Below, one piece after another: positions 1 through 7,440 of a stretch of DNA of 32,946 nt (the first letter of the stretch is position 1; every line of letters starts with the position of its first letter). Source of the stretch: a bacterium (GTDB taxonomy: Bacteria; JAMOTN01). Where the stretch lies: NCBI GenBank assembly GCA_027062325.1, contig JAMOTN010000046.1, forward strand, positions 1 to 32,946, read 5' to 3'. The notes beneath the pieces are model-generated. The model was not told where the DNA came from, made no database searches, and saw nothing but the letters and a program-made list of their open reading frames with translations. Both the position numbers and the translations under genes were made by a program.

Positions 1-2
1 CA

Positions 3-458
3 TCTCCATTAATTGAAGAAAAGAATATTGATGAGGTAAACTTTGGCTATCGCAGAGGACTTTCTGAAGTTTTTGATGGTGTAATTCTTGCAGTATATCT
101 TTCGCTGAACAGCTTCTCAAGAGGAGATTATGAGGTAATAAAAGAAAGAATTTTTGAAGCAGCCCAAGTTAGAAGAAAACAACCAACTTTGCCTAGTGCA
201 GGATGTTTCTACAAGAATCCTAGAAAAAATTTATCAGCTGGTTATTTAATAGATAAAGCGGGTTTGAAAGGGATTAAAGTTGGTGGTGCTGCAGTATCCA
301 TAGTACATGCCAATTTTTTTGTTAATACTGGAAGGGCTACTTATAAAGATTTTGTGGAACTTGACTATGTGGTCAGGGAACGCGTGTTGCAAAGGTTTGG
401 AATTGCTTTAGAGAGAGAGGTAAGAATTTACGACAACTATGGACAGATTTTGAATTGA
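3..458 (+). CDS. murB: UDP-N-acetylenolpyruvoylglucosamine reductase, 5'-truncated by window edge
   Basis: The frame of ORF 189..458 is open back to base 3 (SPLIEEKNIDEVNFGYRRG...RRKQPTLPSAGCFYKNP). MurB motifs FGYR, KQP..SAGxxxKNP, AGYLIDKAGLKG, HANFFVN, LEREV. Lies upstream of ddl-ftsQAZ. Confidence 0.95.
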   Translation, partial: SPLIEEKNIDEVNFGYRRGLSEVFDGVILAVYLSLNSFSRGDYEVIKERIFEAAQVRRKQPTLPSAGCFYKNPRKNLSAGYLIDKAGLKGIKVGGAAVSIVHANFFVNTGRATYKDFVELDYVVRERVLQRFGIALEREVRIYDNYGQILN

Positions 459-459
459 A

Positions 460-1479
460 GTGTGGGGTGTGGAGAGGGTGAATTTTGAAGAAAAGATAAA
501 AAAGGCACACAGCGCTTTGAAAAGGATAAAAAAAGTATGTGTGCTTGGTGGCGGAGAATCTTCAGAGAGGCCTATATCTCTTAAGACTTCAGAAGCTGTG
601 ATGAAAGCTCTTAGAAATTTAGGTTTTAAAGTTGAGTTTGCTGATTTTTCTTCCCAAAATGACGAGTGGAAAAAGTTGGTAAGAACTAGTGATGTTGTTT
701 TTAACTGTCTTCACGGTGGAGATGGAGAAAACGGTAAAGTTCAGGCGTGGCTTGAGATTGAAGGGATTCCATTTACCGCTTCGGGTTACTATGCTTCTTA
801 TCTTGCAATGGATAAGCCTCTTTTGAAGAAATATATAGCCTCTCTTAAAGGTTTAAAAGTTACTAAGATTTTACCGGATAAAGTGTTTTGGTTATCAGGG
901 TTTGAGGATGAAGAAAGCGTTTTTTCTGAAGTACTTGATATTGAAAAAAAGTGGGGACGTGCTGTTTTAAAGCCGGCTGATGAAGGATCTAGTGTTGGAT
1001 TGTTTGTTTCTCCTCTTGAAAAGTATCAAAAGGAAATAATTAATATGTTGCGTGAGGGTAAAAAGTTGATGGTTGAGCCGTTTGTTAAAGGGGTTGATTT
1101 TACAGTTGGTTATGTTGCGGGGCTCTTGCCACCTATACGAATTGAGTGTGGAAAGGATAACGTTTTTGATTGGGATGCAAAATACGTTAAAAGTTCCACA
1201 ATTTACAAAGTTTTAGATTATAAAGGATACGAAGAACTTTTAGAAGATATAGAGTTGATGATAAAAGCGTTTAAATTTAAAAGTGCCTTCAGAGTTGATT
1301 ATAGGTTTAATCCTGAGGCTGGTGAGTATTACTTGTTAGAAATTAATACTGTTCCCGGAATGACAGAGCGGAGTTTGATTCCAAAGGCAGCTTATAAACT
1401 CGGGCTTTCTTTTGAGGATGTTGTGGGCTTGATTCTTTGGGAAGCGATTTCTTTTAAAGCAACTGGCCAAAATACTTAA
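460..1479 (+). CDS. ddl: D-alanine--D-alanine ligase
   Basis: GGESSERPISLKT, LHGGDGENGKVQ, MDK, KPADEGSSVG, AKY, EINTVPGMTERSLIP motifs. The start may instead be GTG at 478, after GGAGAG. Confidence 0.95.
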   Translation: MWGVERVNFEEKIKKAHSALKRIKKVCVLGGGESSERPISLKTSEAVMKALRNLGFKVEFADFSSQNDEWKKLVRTSDVVFNCLHGGDGENGKVQAWLEIEGIPFTASGYYASYLAMDKPLLKKYIASLKGLKVTKILPDKVFWLSGFEDEESVFSEVLDIEKKWGRAVLKPADEGSSVGLFVSPLEKYQKEIINMLREGKKLMVEPFVKGVDFTVGYVAGLLPPIRIECGKDNVFDWDAKYVKSSTIYKVLDYKGYEELLEDIELMIKAFKFKSAFRVDYRFNPEAGEYYLLEINTVPGMTERSLIPKAAYKLGLSFEDVVGLILWEAISFKATGQNT

Positions 1480-1560
1480 AAAAAATGCTTGTGCTAAAAA
1501 TTGTCATTTGACATTGTATAACTATTTATCGTAAAAAGTGATGGTGTTAACGATTAAATT

Positions 1561-1589
1561 TTGATAGTGGAGGGCTTGGTTGTTATAAT
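1561..1589 (+). promoter_or_regulatory. sigma-70-type promoter upstream of ftsQ
   Basis: TTGATA (1561-1566), 17-bp spacer, extended -10 TGtTATAAT (1581-1589). Confidence 0.75.
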
Positions 1590-1603
1590 CTCAATAAGTT
1601 GCT

Positions 1604-2230
1604 ATGGGTAGGATAGGCATTTTTGTGTTTTTCGTGTTGTTGACGGCGTGGATGATGTGGTGGATTTGGGAGGAAAGTGGAGTGTTCAGAATAATTGACG
1701 TCAAAGTTGTGGCGTCGTCTGATGATGTTGAGCAGTATGTAGCAGAGGTTGTTGAGAGAGTTAGGGGAAAGCATTTTGTAAATTTAAATTTTAAGAGGTT
1801 GAGGGGTGATATTCTCTCTAATAGTAGAGCAAAGGACGTGAAGTTTTTATTGAAATTGCCGGGGGAATTAGTGGTAAAGGTGTTTGAAAGAAGGCCATAT
1901 TACTGTGTAGTATCTGATGAGGTTTATGTAGCAGATAGCGATGGAGTTATTTATAAGGTTTGGGAAGGGGAAAAGTGCCGTGTAATAGTGGCAGGGAGAT
2001 GGAGTAAGTATGAGAAAGAGCAGGTTGATCAGATGTTGAAGAGAGTTAATACAATTGATGGCATATACTTTGGAGATGAGGTTAAGGTCTATATAGGGAA
2101 TACAGAGGTGGTATTTGATCCGGGTATAACTGGTGAGAAGATAGATTTTGTAAAGGACGTGGTAGAGATTTTGAAGCCTAAGAAGGTAGATGCACGTTAC
2201 AACGGACTCAAGGTTGCTGTAGTAAAGTAA
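1604..2230 (+). CDS. ftsQ: cell division protein FtsQ/DivIB family
   Basis: Single N-terminal TM helix, POTRA-like segment ending LPGELVVKVFERRP, C-terminal KVDARY (DLR-like). Position between ddl and ftsA. Confidence 0.8.
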   Translation: MGRIGIFVFFVLLTAWMMWWIWEESGVFRIIDVKVVASSDDVEQYVAEVVERVRGKHFVNLNFKRLRGDILSNSRAKDVKFLLKLPGELVVKVFERRPYYCVVSDEVYVADSDGVIYKVWEGEKCRVIVAGRWSKYEKEQVDQMLKRVNTIDGIYFGDEVKVYIGNTEVVFDPGITGEKIDFVKDVVEILKPKKVDARYNGLKVAVVK

Positions 2231-2266
2231 CTGGCTTTACGTTAAAGGGAGGGGTGAATAACCTTA

Positions 2267-3493
2267 ATGGAAGAGATAGTAGTGGGGCTTGATGTTGGAA
2301 CAACAAAGGTTTGTGCTTTGATTGGAGAAGTAAAAGGAGAAGTTGTAAACATACTTGGTGTTGGTGAAGCACCTTCAAAAGGTTTGAGAAAAGGTGTAAT
2401 AGTTGATTTAGATGCTACTGTGAAGTCGATAGAGCATGCCATAGTGGAAGCGGAAAAGAGTGCAGACAGAGAGATAAGTGAGGTTTACGTTGGGATTGCA
2501 AGTTCTTACATCAAGTCGTTTAATTCTCATGGAGCAATTACATTAGCTGCAGAGCCAATAGAAATAACAGTTCAGGACAGAGATAAAGTTATAGAGACTG
2601 CTAAAGGTGCTGCGTTGATGCAAAATGTTGAAGTTATTCACGTTATTCCTTGGCAATACAAAGTTGATGGGCAGTCCCAGATAAAAGATCCAGTTGGAAT
2701 GTACGGCTCAAGATTAGAAGTTGATGTTCATATAGTTACTGCTGCGGTTTCTGCCGTAAAAAATTTGATAAAAGCAGTAGATCAGGCAGGAATTGCAGTT
2801 ACTGATATAGTGTTGCAACCTATTGCTAGCGGAGAGGCAGTTTTAACTGAAGATGAAAAAGATTTTGGAGTTGCACTTATAGATATAGGTGGTGGAACGA
2901 CTGATATTTCGATATTTTATCAGGGTAGTGTTGTTTACTCGAAGGTGATTCCTCTTGGAGGTAGTCATATTACAAGCGATATAGCTATAATTTTTAGAAC
3001 GTTGATGAAAGAGGCAGAAATGATAAAGAAAAAGTATGGTTCAGTTCTTCCCAATGAAGTGCCTGAAGATGAGGAAATAGAGATGAGAATAGCAGGATCT
3101 GATGAGGTGAAGAAGGTTAAACTTAGGGAAGTGTGTGAGGTTATAAGGGAGAGAATGATAGATATATTCACCAGAGTTGATGCTTCTTTGAAAGAAAGTG
3201 GTTTCTATGATAAGTTGAATGCTACGGGGATAGTATTGACAGGGGGGACTTCGCTGTTGCGAGGAAGCGTTAGAATGGCGGAGGAATTTTTTGGAGGGCT
3301 TCCTGTTCGTATTGGAAAGCCGAGAAATTTGGGTGGTTTGGCAGAAAGAGTTGATAGTCCCATATATGCTACTGCGGTTGGATTGTTAAGATATGGGGCG
3401 AAACATATAAGTGCTGTATCTAGTACAGAAAAAGATTGGTTGGCTTACATTGTGGATAGAATAAGGGAATTTTTCAAGAGTATAAAAATATAG
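2267..3493 (+). CDS. ftsA: cell division protein FtsA
   Basis: GLDVGTTKV, GLRKGVIVD, IDIGGGTTD, VLTGGTS, YATAVGLL, C-terminal amphipathic helix. RBS GGAGGGG. Confidence 0.97.
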   Translation: MEEIVVGLDVGTTKVCALIGEVKGEVVNILGVGEAPSKGLRKGVIVDLDATVKSIEHAIVEAEKSADREISEVYVGIASSYIKSFNSHGAITLAAEPIEITVQDRDKVIETAKGAALMQNVEVIHVIPWQYKVDGQSQIKDPVGMYGSRLEVDVHIVTAAVSAVKNLIKAVDQAGIAVTDIVLQPIASGEAVLTEDEKDFGVALIDIGGGTTDISIFYQGSVVYSKVIPLGGSHITSDIAIIFRTLMKEAEMIKKKYGSVLPNEVPEDEEIEMRIAGSDEVKKVKLREVCEVIRERMIDIFTRVDASLKESGFYDKLNATGIVLTGGTSLLRGSVRMAEEFFGGLPVRIGKPRNLGGLAERVDSPIYATAVGLLRYGAKHISAVSSTEKDWLAYIVDRIREFFKSIKI

Positions 3494-3527
3494 GGTGAAA
3501 GATAAATAGAGAAGGAGGGAGAAGGGG

Positions 3528-4592
3528 ATGGACTTTTCTTATCCCTTTAAAATGGATCTACCAGATATGCCATTTGGTTACGATGAATTTAATACTCGTA
3601 TCCGCATAAAAGTGGTAGGAGTTGGAGGCGCTGGTGGAAATGCGGTAAGTCGCATGATTGAAAAGGATCTAAAAGGAGTGGAGTTCATAGCTGTGAATAC
3701 AGATGGACAAGCATTAAAAAGCTGTCCTGCTCCAGAAAAAATTACCATTGGTGCAGATTTGACCAAAGGTTTGGGAGCTGGAGCGAATGTTGAGGTTGGA
3801 AGGGAGGCTGCTTTACAGTCTTATGAGGAGATAGAAAGAGTTTTAGAAGGGGCAGATATGATATTTATCACTGCTGGAATGGGAGGCGGAACTGGGACGG
3901 GTGCATCTCCCGTTGTGGCAGAGATTGCTAAAAAACTGGGCGTTTTAACAATAGCTGTTGTTACGATGCCCTTTTCTTTTGAAGGCCGTATAAGAATGCG
4001 TCAGGCTCAAGAAGGTTTAAAGCGCCTTCAGGAAGTTGTGGATACGCTGATCATAGTTATGAACGATAGGTTGATAAACATAGTTGATAAGAATACGCCT
4101 TTTGTGGAGGCATTTCGTATAGCTGACGATGTGCTTTATCACGGAATAAGGGGTATAACAGATTTGATAACTGTTCCAATGAATGGAATAAACGTTGATT
4201 TTGCTGATCTTAAGGCTGTTATGAGCCACGGTGGTTTTGCACTTATGGGGATAGGAGAGGATTACGGTGCTGCTGCTGCGGTTAACGCTGTGAGGCGCGC
4301 AATGGAAAATCCTCTTGTAAATGCCACTGTTGATGGAGCAAAGGGCTTGATAGTAAGCTTCTTTGGTGGTTCTGAAATGGGAATACATGAGATAAATGAG
4401 GCTTCAGGTGAGGTTGTAAGAAGAATAGATCCGGATGCAGAAGTTATATTTGGTTTCCATACAGATCCAGCTCTTGGCGATAGAGTAAAGGTTATACTCA
4501 TTGCCACAGGTGTTAGGATAGGAAAGGAGTTTCCAAGTGCAGGTGGGAGCTTTTCAGGGAAAAAAGAGATGGTATTTGCAGGGGGGAAGTAG
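3528..4592 (+). CDS. ftsZ: cell division GTPase FtsZ, paralog 1 (short C-terminus)
   Basis: [22 protein letters not shown], tubulin signature [24 protein letters not shown]. Only 26 aa after the core. RBS AAGGAGG. Confidence 0.96.
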   Translation: MDFSYPFKMDLPDMPFGYDEFNTRIRIKVVGVGGAGGNAVSRMIEKDLKGVEFIAVNTDGQALKSCPAPEKITIGADLTKGLGAGANVEVGREAALQSYEEIERVLEGADMIFITAGMGGGTGTGASPVVAEIAKKLGVLTIAVVTMPFSFEGRIRMRQAQEGLKRLQEVVDTLIIVMNDRLINIVDKNTPFVEAFRIADDVLYHGIRGITDLITVPMNGINVDFADLKAVMSHGGFALMGIGEDYGAAAAVNAVRRAMENPLVNATVDGAKGLIVSFFGGSEMGIHEINEASGEVVRRIDPDAEVIFGFHTDPALGDRVKVILIATGVRIGKEFPSAGGSFSGKKEMVFAGGK

Positions 4593-4595
4593 GGG

Positions 4596-5864
4596 ATGTT
4601 TGAATTCGAAATTCCGGTACAGGCAAAAGGTGCTGATATAAGGGTAATAGGGGTTGGAGGAGCAGGTTGCAACGCTGTTAATCGAATGATAGAAGTTGGT
4701 TTACAGGGAGTTGAATTTATAGCTGTTAATACGGATGCTCAAGCCCTTGCAAATTCAAGAGCTAAAATAAAGGTGCAGATAGGGGAAAAAGTTGCAAAGG
4801 GGCTTGGCGCTGGTGGAGATATGAATGTGGGGCGCCAAGCGGCGGAAGAAGATCGTGAAAAGCTTGAGGAGATTGTCAAGGGAGCAGATATGATATTTAT
4901 AACTGCTGGAATGGGAGGCGGAACGGGAACAGGAGCTTCCCCTGTAATAGCAGAGATAGCGAGGGACAAGGGGATATTGACTGTTGCAATAGTGACAAAA
5001 CCTTTTATGTTTGAAGGAAGAAGGAGAATGCAGCAGGCAATTGTGGGAATTCAGCAGATAAAAGATAGAGTTGATACATTGATTGTGATTCCAAATCAGA
5101 AATTACTTGAAATTTCGGATACAGAGATGTCTATTGTTGAAGCTTTTAAAAAGGCTGATGATGTCTTAAGACAAGGTGTTCAGGGGATAAGTGAGATAAT
5201 AGTTAAACCAGGAGTCATAAACGTTGACTTTGCTGATGTAAGAACAATTATGAGAGATGCAGGTAGCGCAATAATGGGAATAGGAGAAGCTACTGGAGAA
5301 AACAGAGCTGTTATGGCTGCAGAGGCTGCTATAAACAATCCTTTACTTGAGGCTGGTATTCAAGGAGCCAAGGGAATATTGGTCAACATTGTTGGGTCTT
5401 CTGCTATTACTCTTCATGAGGTATATCAGGCTTGTGAAGTTATCCAACAGGCAGCTGATGAGGATGCAAATATAATATTTGGTGCAGTTATCGACGATGA
5501 GATGAAGGATACGTTTAGGATAACTGTTATTGCAACAGGTTTTGATAAGAAAAAGAGTGATGCCATTGCTGGGGGAATGGGCACAGGAATACCATCTGGT
5601 AGGATGACAGCGAGAGATTTGCTGAAAATGATGGGGAAAACTCCAGCTTCTCAGCATTCTTCAACCCAACCTTCGCAGCCTACTCCGGTAAATTCTTCAC
5701 CGAGGGAAGAAGGAAGTATGTCACCTAGCCAGTCACCGGAGGTAGCTCAGGAGGAGAAGAAAAATATAAATTTACCTGATGATGTTTTTATAGAGACAGA
5801 GGAAGATCTTCCACCAAGGTTAAGAGGAAGAGATAAGGATTGGAATCCGTTTGGGGGAAGATAA
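4596..5864 (+). CDS. ftsZ: cell division GTPase FtsZ, paralog 2 (long linker, C-terminal peptide)
   Basis: IRVIGVGGAGCNAV, NTDAQAL, GGGTGTG, PGVINVDFAD, IATGF, S/P/Q-rich linker, EDLPPRLR resembling the D(I/V)PxFLR peptide. Confidence 0.97.
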   Translation: MFEFEIPVQAKGADIRVIGVGGAGCNAVNRMIEVGLQGVEFIAVNTDAQALANSRAKIKVQIGEKVAKGLGAGGDMNVGRQAAEEDREKLEEIVKGADMIFITAGMGGGTGTGASPVIAEIARDKGILTVAIVTKPFMFEGRRRMQQAIVGIQQIKDRVDTLIVIPNQKLLEISDTEMSIVEAFKKADDVLRQGVQGISEIIVKPGVINVDFADVRTIMRDAGSAIMGIGEATGENRAVMAAEAAINNPLLEAGIQGAKGILVNIVGSSAITLHEVYQACEVIQQAADEDANIIFGAVIDDEMKDTFRITVIATGFDKKKSDAIAGGMGTGIPSGRMTARDLLKMMGKTPASQHSSTQPSQPTPVNSSPREEGSMSPSQSPEVAQEEKKNINLPDDVFIETEEDLPPRLRGRDKDWNPFGGR

Positions 5865-5866
5865 AA

Positions 5867-6958
5867 GTGAGAAGAGTTTTGATTTGGGTTGTAGGGCTGG
5901 GCATTTTGTTTGGTTGGTTTAATGTTGTAGTTCACGCGAAAAAGATAGATTTTGATGAGTGGAGTTTTCTAAACATAAAGAGTGCGGGACGTGGTGGGTG
6001 TTATCTTACGTTTTACTCCGATAAAGATACCGCGTATTATAATCCTGCACTGCTGCACTATTATTCTTCTCACCTAGATTTTGGGGCATCTGCTCTTCTG
6101 GAGGGAAATGATGATTTGAGTGATGGTTGGGATTTGATAAATGATTTAGAGGATATATACGATGCTTATAGGGGAAGTGTGTTGCTTTCAGAAAAGATCA
6201 GAGAGAGATTAGATCAGGCTTTGCAGGATAAGCTTAGTCCTTATATCTCCTTTGGAGCAAATGGGGCAATTTTTACCAAAAAGATGCTTGCTTTAGGTGG
6301 AATGGGGCAGTTTATTGTATCGCTTGGTTTGACTGGAACATCTGTGGATCCTCATCTCAAGATCAACGCTTACAGTTCTAAAGTTTTTTACGTTTCAGTT
6401 CCTTTGAAGAGAAGAGTTTTTAATAAAAGGTTTAAGGTTGGAATAACACTTAAAAAGGTTGAGGCAGGAAGCGTTTCACTTGATTGGAATGCCAATACTG
6501 TAGCAAACAACAGTGATGACTTATTGGATTCCATAGATGATGAAATAAAAGAAGATTCGTCGGTCATGGCAGATATAGGTATAGCTTACAAAAATAGAGC
6601 TGGAATATTCATGGCGGCAGTTTTGAGAAATATAGGGAAAGTAGAGATGGCAGGAGGAAAAGAGATAGGGACTACTTTGGATATAGGAATTCGTAAGAAA
6701 GTTGGGTTGTTCACATTGGGTGTGGAGATTCACGATATAGGTACAAATTCAGATTTTTCGGACAAGCTGAAGATAGGTGTTGAGACGAGTAAAATTCCCT
6801 TTGTTGGAGTTTTGAGAGCAGGCTATAACAACAGTGGAGCAACATTTGGATTATCCACACGTCTGTTTATATTTAACTTTGATTTTGCTGTATATAAGAG
6901 AAAAATGTTTGAAGATACAGATGTGGTGTACTCGGCTAGTTTGAGTTTGAGATTTTAA
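5867..6958 (+). CDS. outer-membrane beta-barrel protein, FadL/TraF/PorV-like
   Basis: GTG at 5867 (in frame with the 5840 ORF) gives signal peptide MRRVLIWVVGLGILFGWFNVVVHA. AYYNPALL motif, alternating beta-strands, C-terminal YSASLSLRF ending in Phe. Confidence 0.65.
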   Translation: MRRVLIWVVGLGILFGWFNVVVHAKKIDFDEWSFLNIKSAGRGGCYLTFYSDKDTAYYNPALLHYYSSHLDFGASALLEGNDDLSDGWDLINDLEDIYDAYRGSVLLSEKIRERLDQALQDKLSPYISFGANGAIFTKKMLALGGMGQFIVSLGLTGTSVDPHLKINAYSSKVFYVSVPLKRRVFNKRFKVGITLKKVEAGSVSLDWNANTVANNSDDLLDSIDDEIKEDSSVMADIGIAYKNRAGIFMAAVLRNIGKVEMAGGKEIGTTLDIGIRKKVGLFTLGVEIHDIGTNSDFSDKLKIGVETSKIPFVGVLRAGYNNSGATFGLSTRLFIFNFDFAVYKRKMFEDTDVVYSASLSLRF

Positions 6959-6970
6959 GGTTAGTATGAT
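6941..6970 (+). promoter_or_regulatory. probable sigma-70 promoter for rpsO
   Basis: TTGAGT (6941-6946), 18 bp, TATGAT (6965-6970). Confidence 0.45.
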
Positions 6971-6982
6971 AAGATTTAAAAA

Positions 6983-7045
6983 CCAGGGAGTAATCATTCT
7001 CTTAAATTACCCACAAGAAGGCTTATGGCTTTCTTGTGAGGCGAA
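6983..7045 (+). promoter_or_regulatory. structured rpsO 5' leader (candidate S15 autoregulatory leader)
   Basis: Long hairpin CACAAGAAGGC...GCTTTCTTGTG and a short AGGGAG/TTCTCT stem directly upstream of the rpsO RBS. Confidence 0.5.
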
Positions 7046-7058
7046 GGGGGGATAAGTT

Positions 7059-7328
7059 ATGTTGTCACGCAAAGAGAAGGCAGAGATCATCAAAAAGTTT
7101 GCACGCCATGAGGGTGACACTGGTTCCAGTGAAGTGCAGATTGCTGTATTGACGGAGAGAATTAAAAGACTTACTGAGCATTTAAAACAGCATCCTAAAG
7201 ATTACCACTCTCGTCGTGGGTTGACTCTCATGGTTGGAAAGAGAAAGAGGCTTTTGAGGTATTTGAAGAGGAAAGATTATGATAGTTATGTGAAAGTGAT
7301 AAAAGAGCTTGGAATAAGAGGAGTTTAA
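7059..7328 (+). CDS. rpsO: 30S ribosomal protein S15
   Basis: [38 protein letters not shown]. 89 aa, upstream of pnp. Confidence 0.99.
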   Translation: MLSRKEKAEIIKKFARHEGDTGSSEVQIAVLTERIKRLTEHLKQHPKDYHSRRGLTLMVGKRKRLLRYLKRKDYDSYVKVIKELGIRGV

Positions 7329-7344
7329 ATTAGTTGTTAATATT

Positions 7345-7381
7345 AAGGTGGGTAGGATTAATCCTACCCACTTTTCTTTTT
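7345..7381 (+). terminator. intrinsic terminator after rpsO
   Basis: Perfect stem GTGGGTAGGA-ttaa-TCCTACCCAC followed by TTTTCTTTTT. Confidence 0.9.
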
Positions 7382-7440
7382 ATGACTGTTTTTATGTTTC
7401 CCGTGTTAGGTGAAAGAGAATTAGGTAGGAGGGAGATGTT

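Noticed and set aside
1160-1190. Ddl as a D-Ala-D-Lac (vancomycin-resistance type) ligase
   Set aside because: The omega-loop Tyr is retained (FDWDAKY) and the gene is in its normal dcw position.
3491-4592. Genome-wide TAG recoding
   Set aside because: TAG ends ftsA, flgK, flgL and ligA at their expected C-termini.
3528-5864. Two ftsZ copies as an assembly duplication or a split pseudogene
   Set aside because: Each copy has a complete GTPase core and its own RBS, and they differ extensively in sequence.
4575-5866. Similar C-termini FAGGK (FtsZ1) and FGGR (FtsZ2) as a shared functional motif
   Set aside because: Both are encoded by GGGGGAAG runs that double as the RBS of the next gene, which is a sufficient explanation.
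5867-6958. TraF-like gene as evidence of a conjugative element
   Set aside because: No other tra, relaxase or integrase genes, and it is flanked by core genes.
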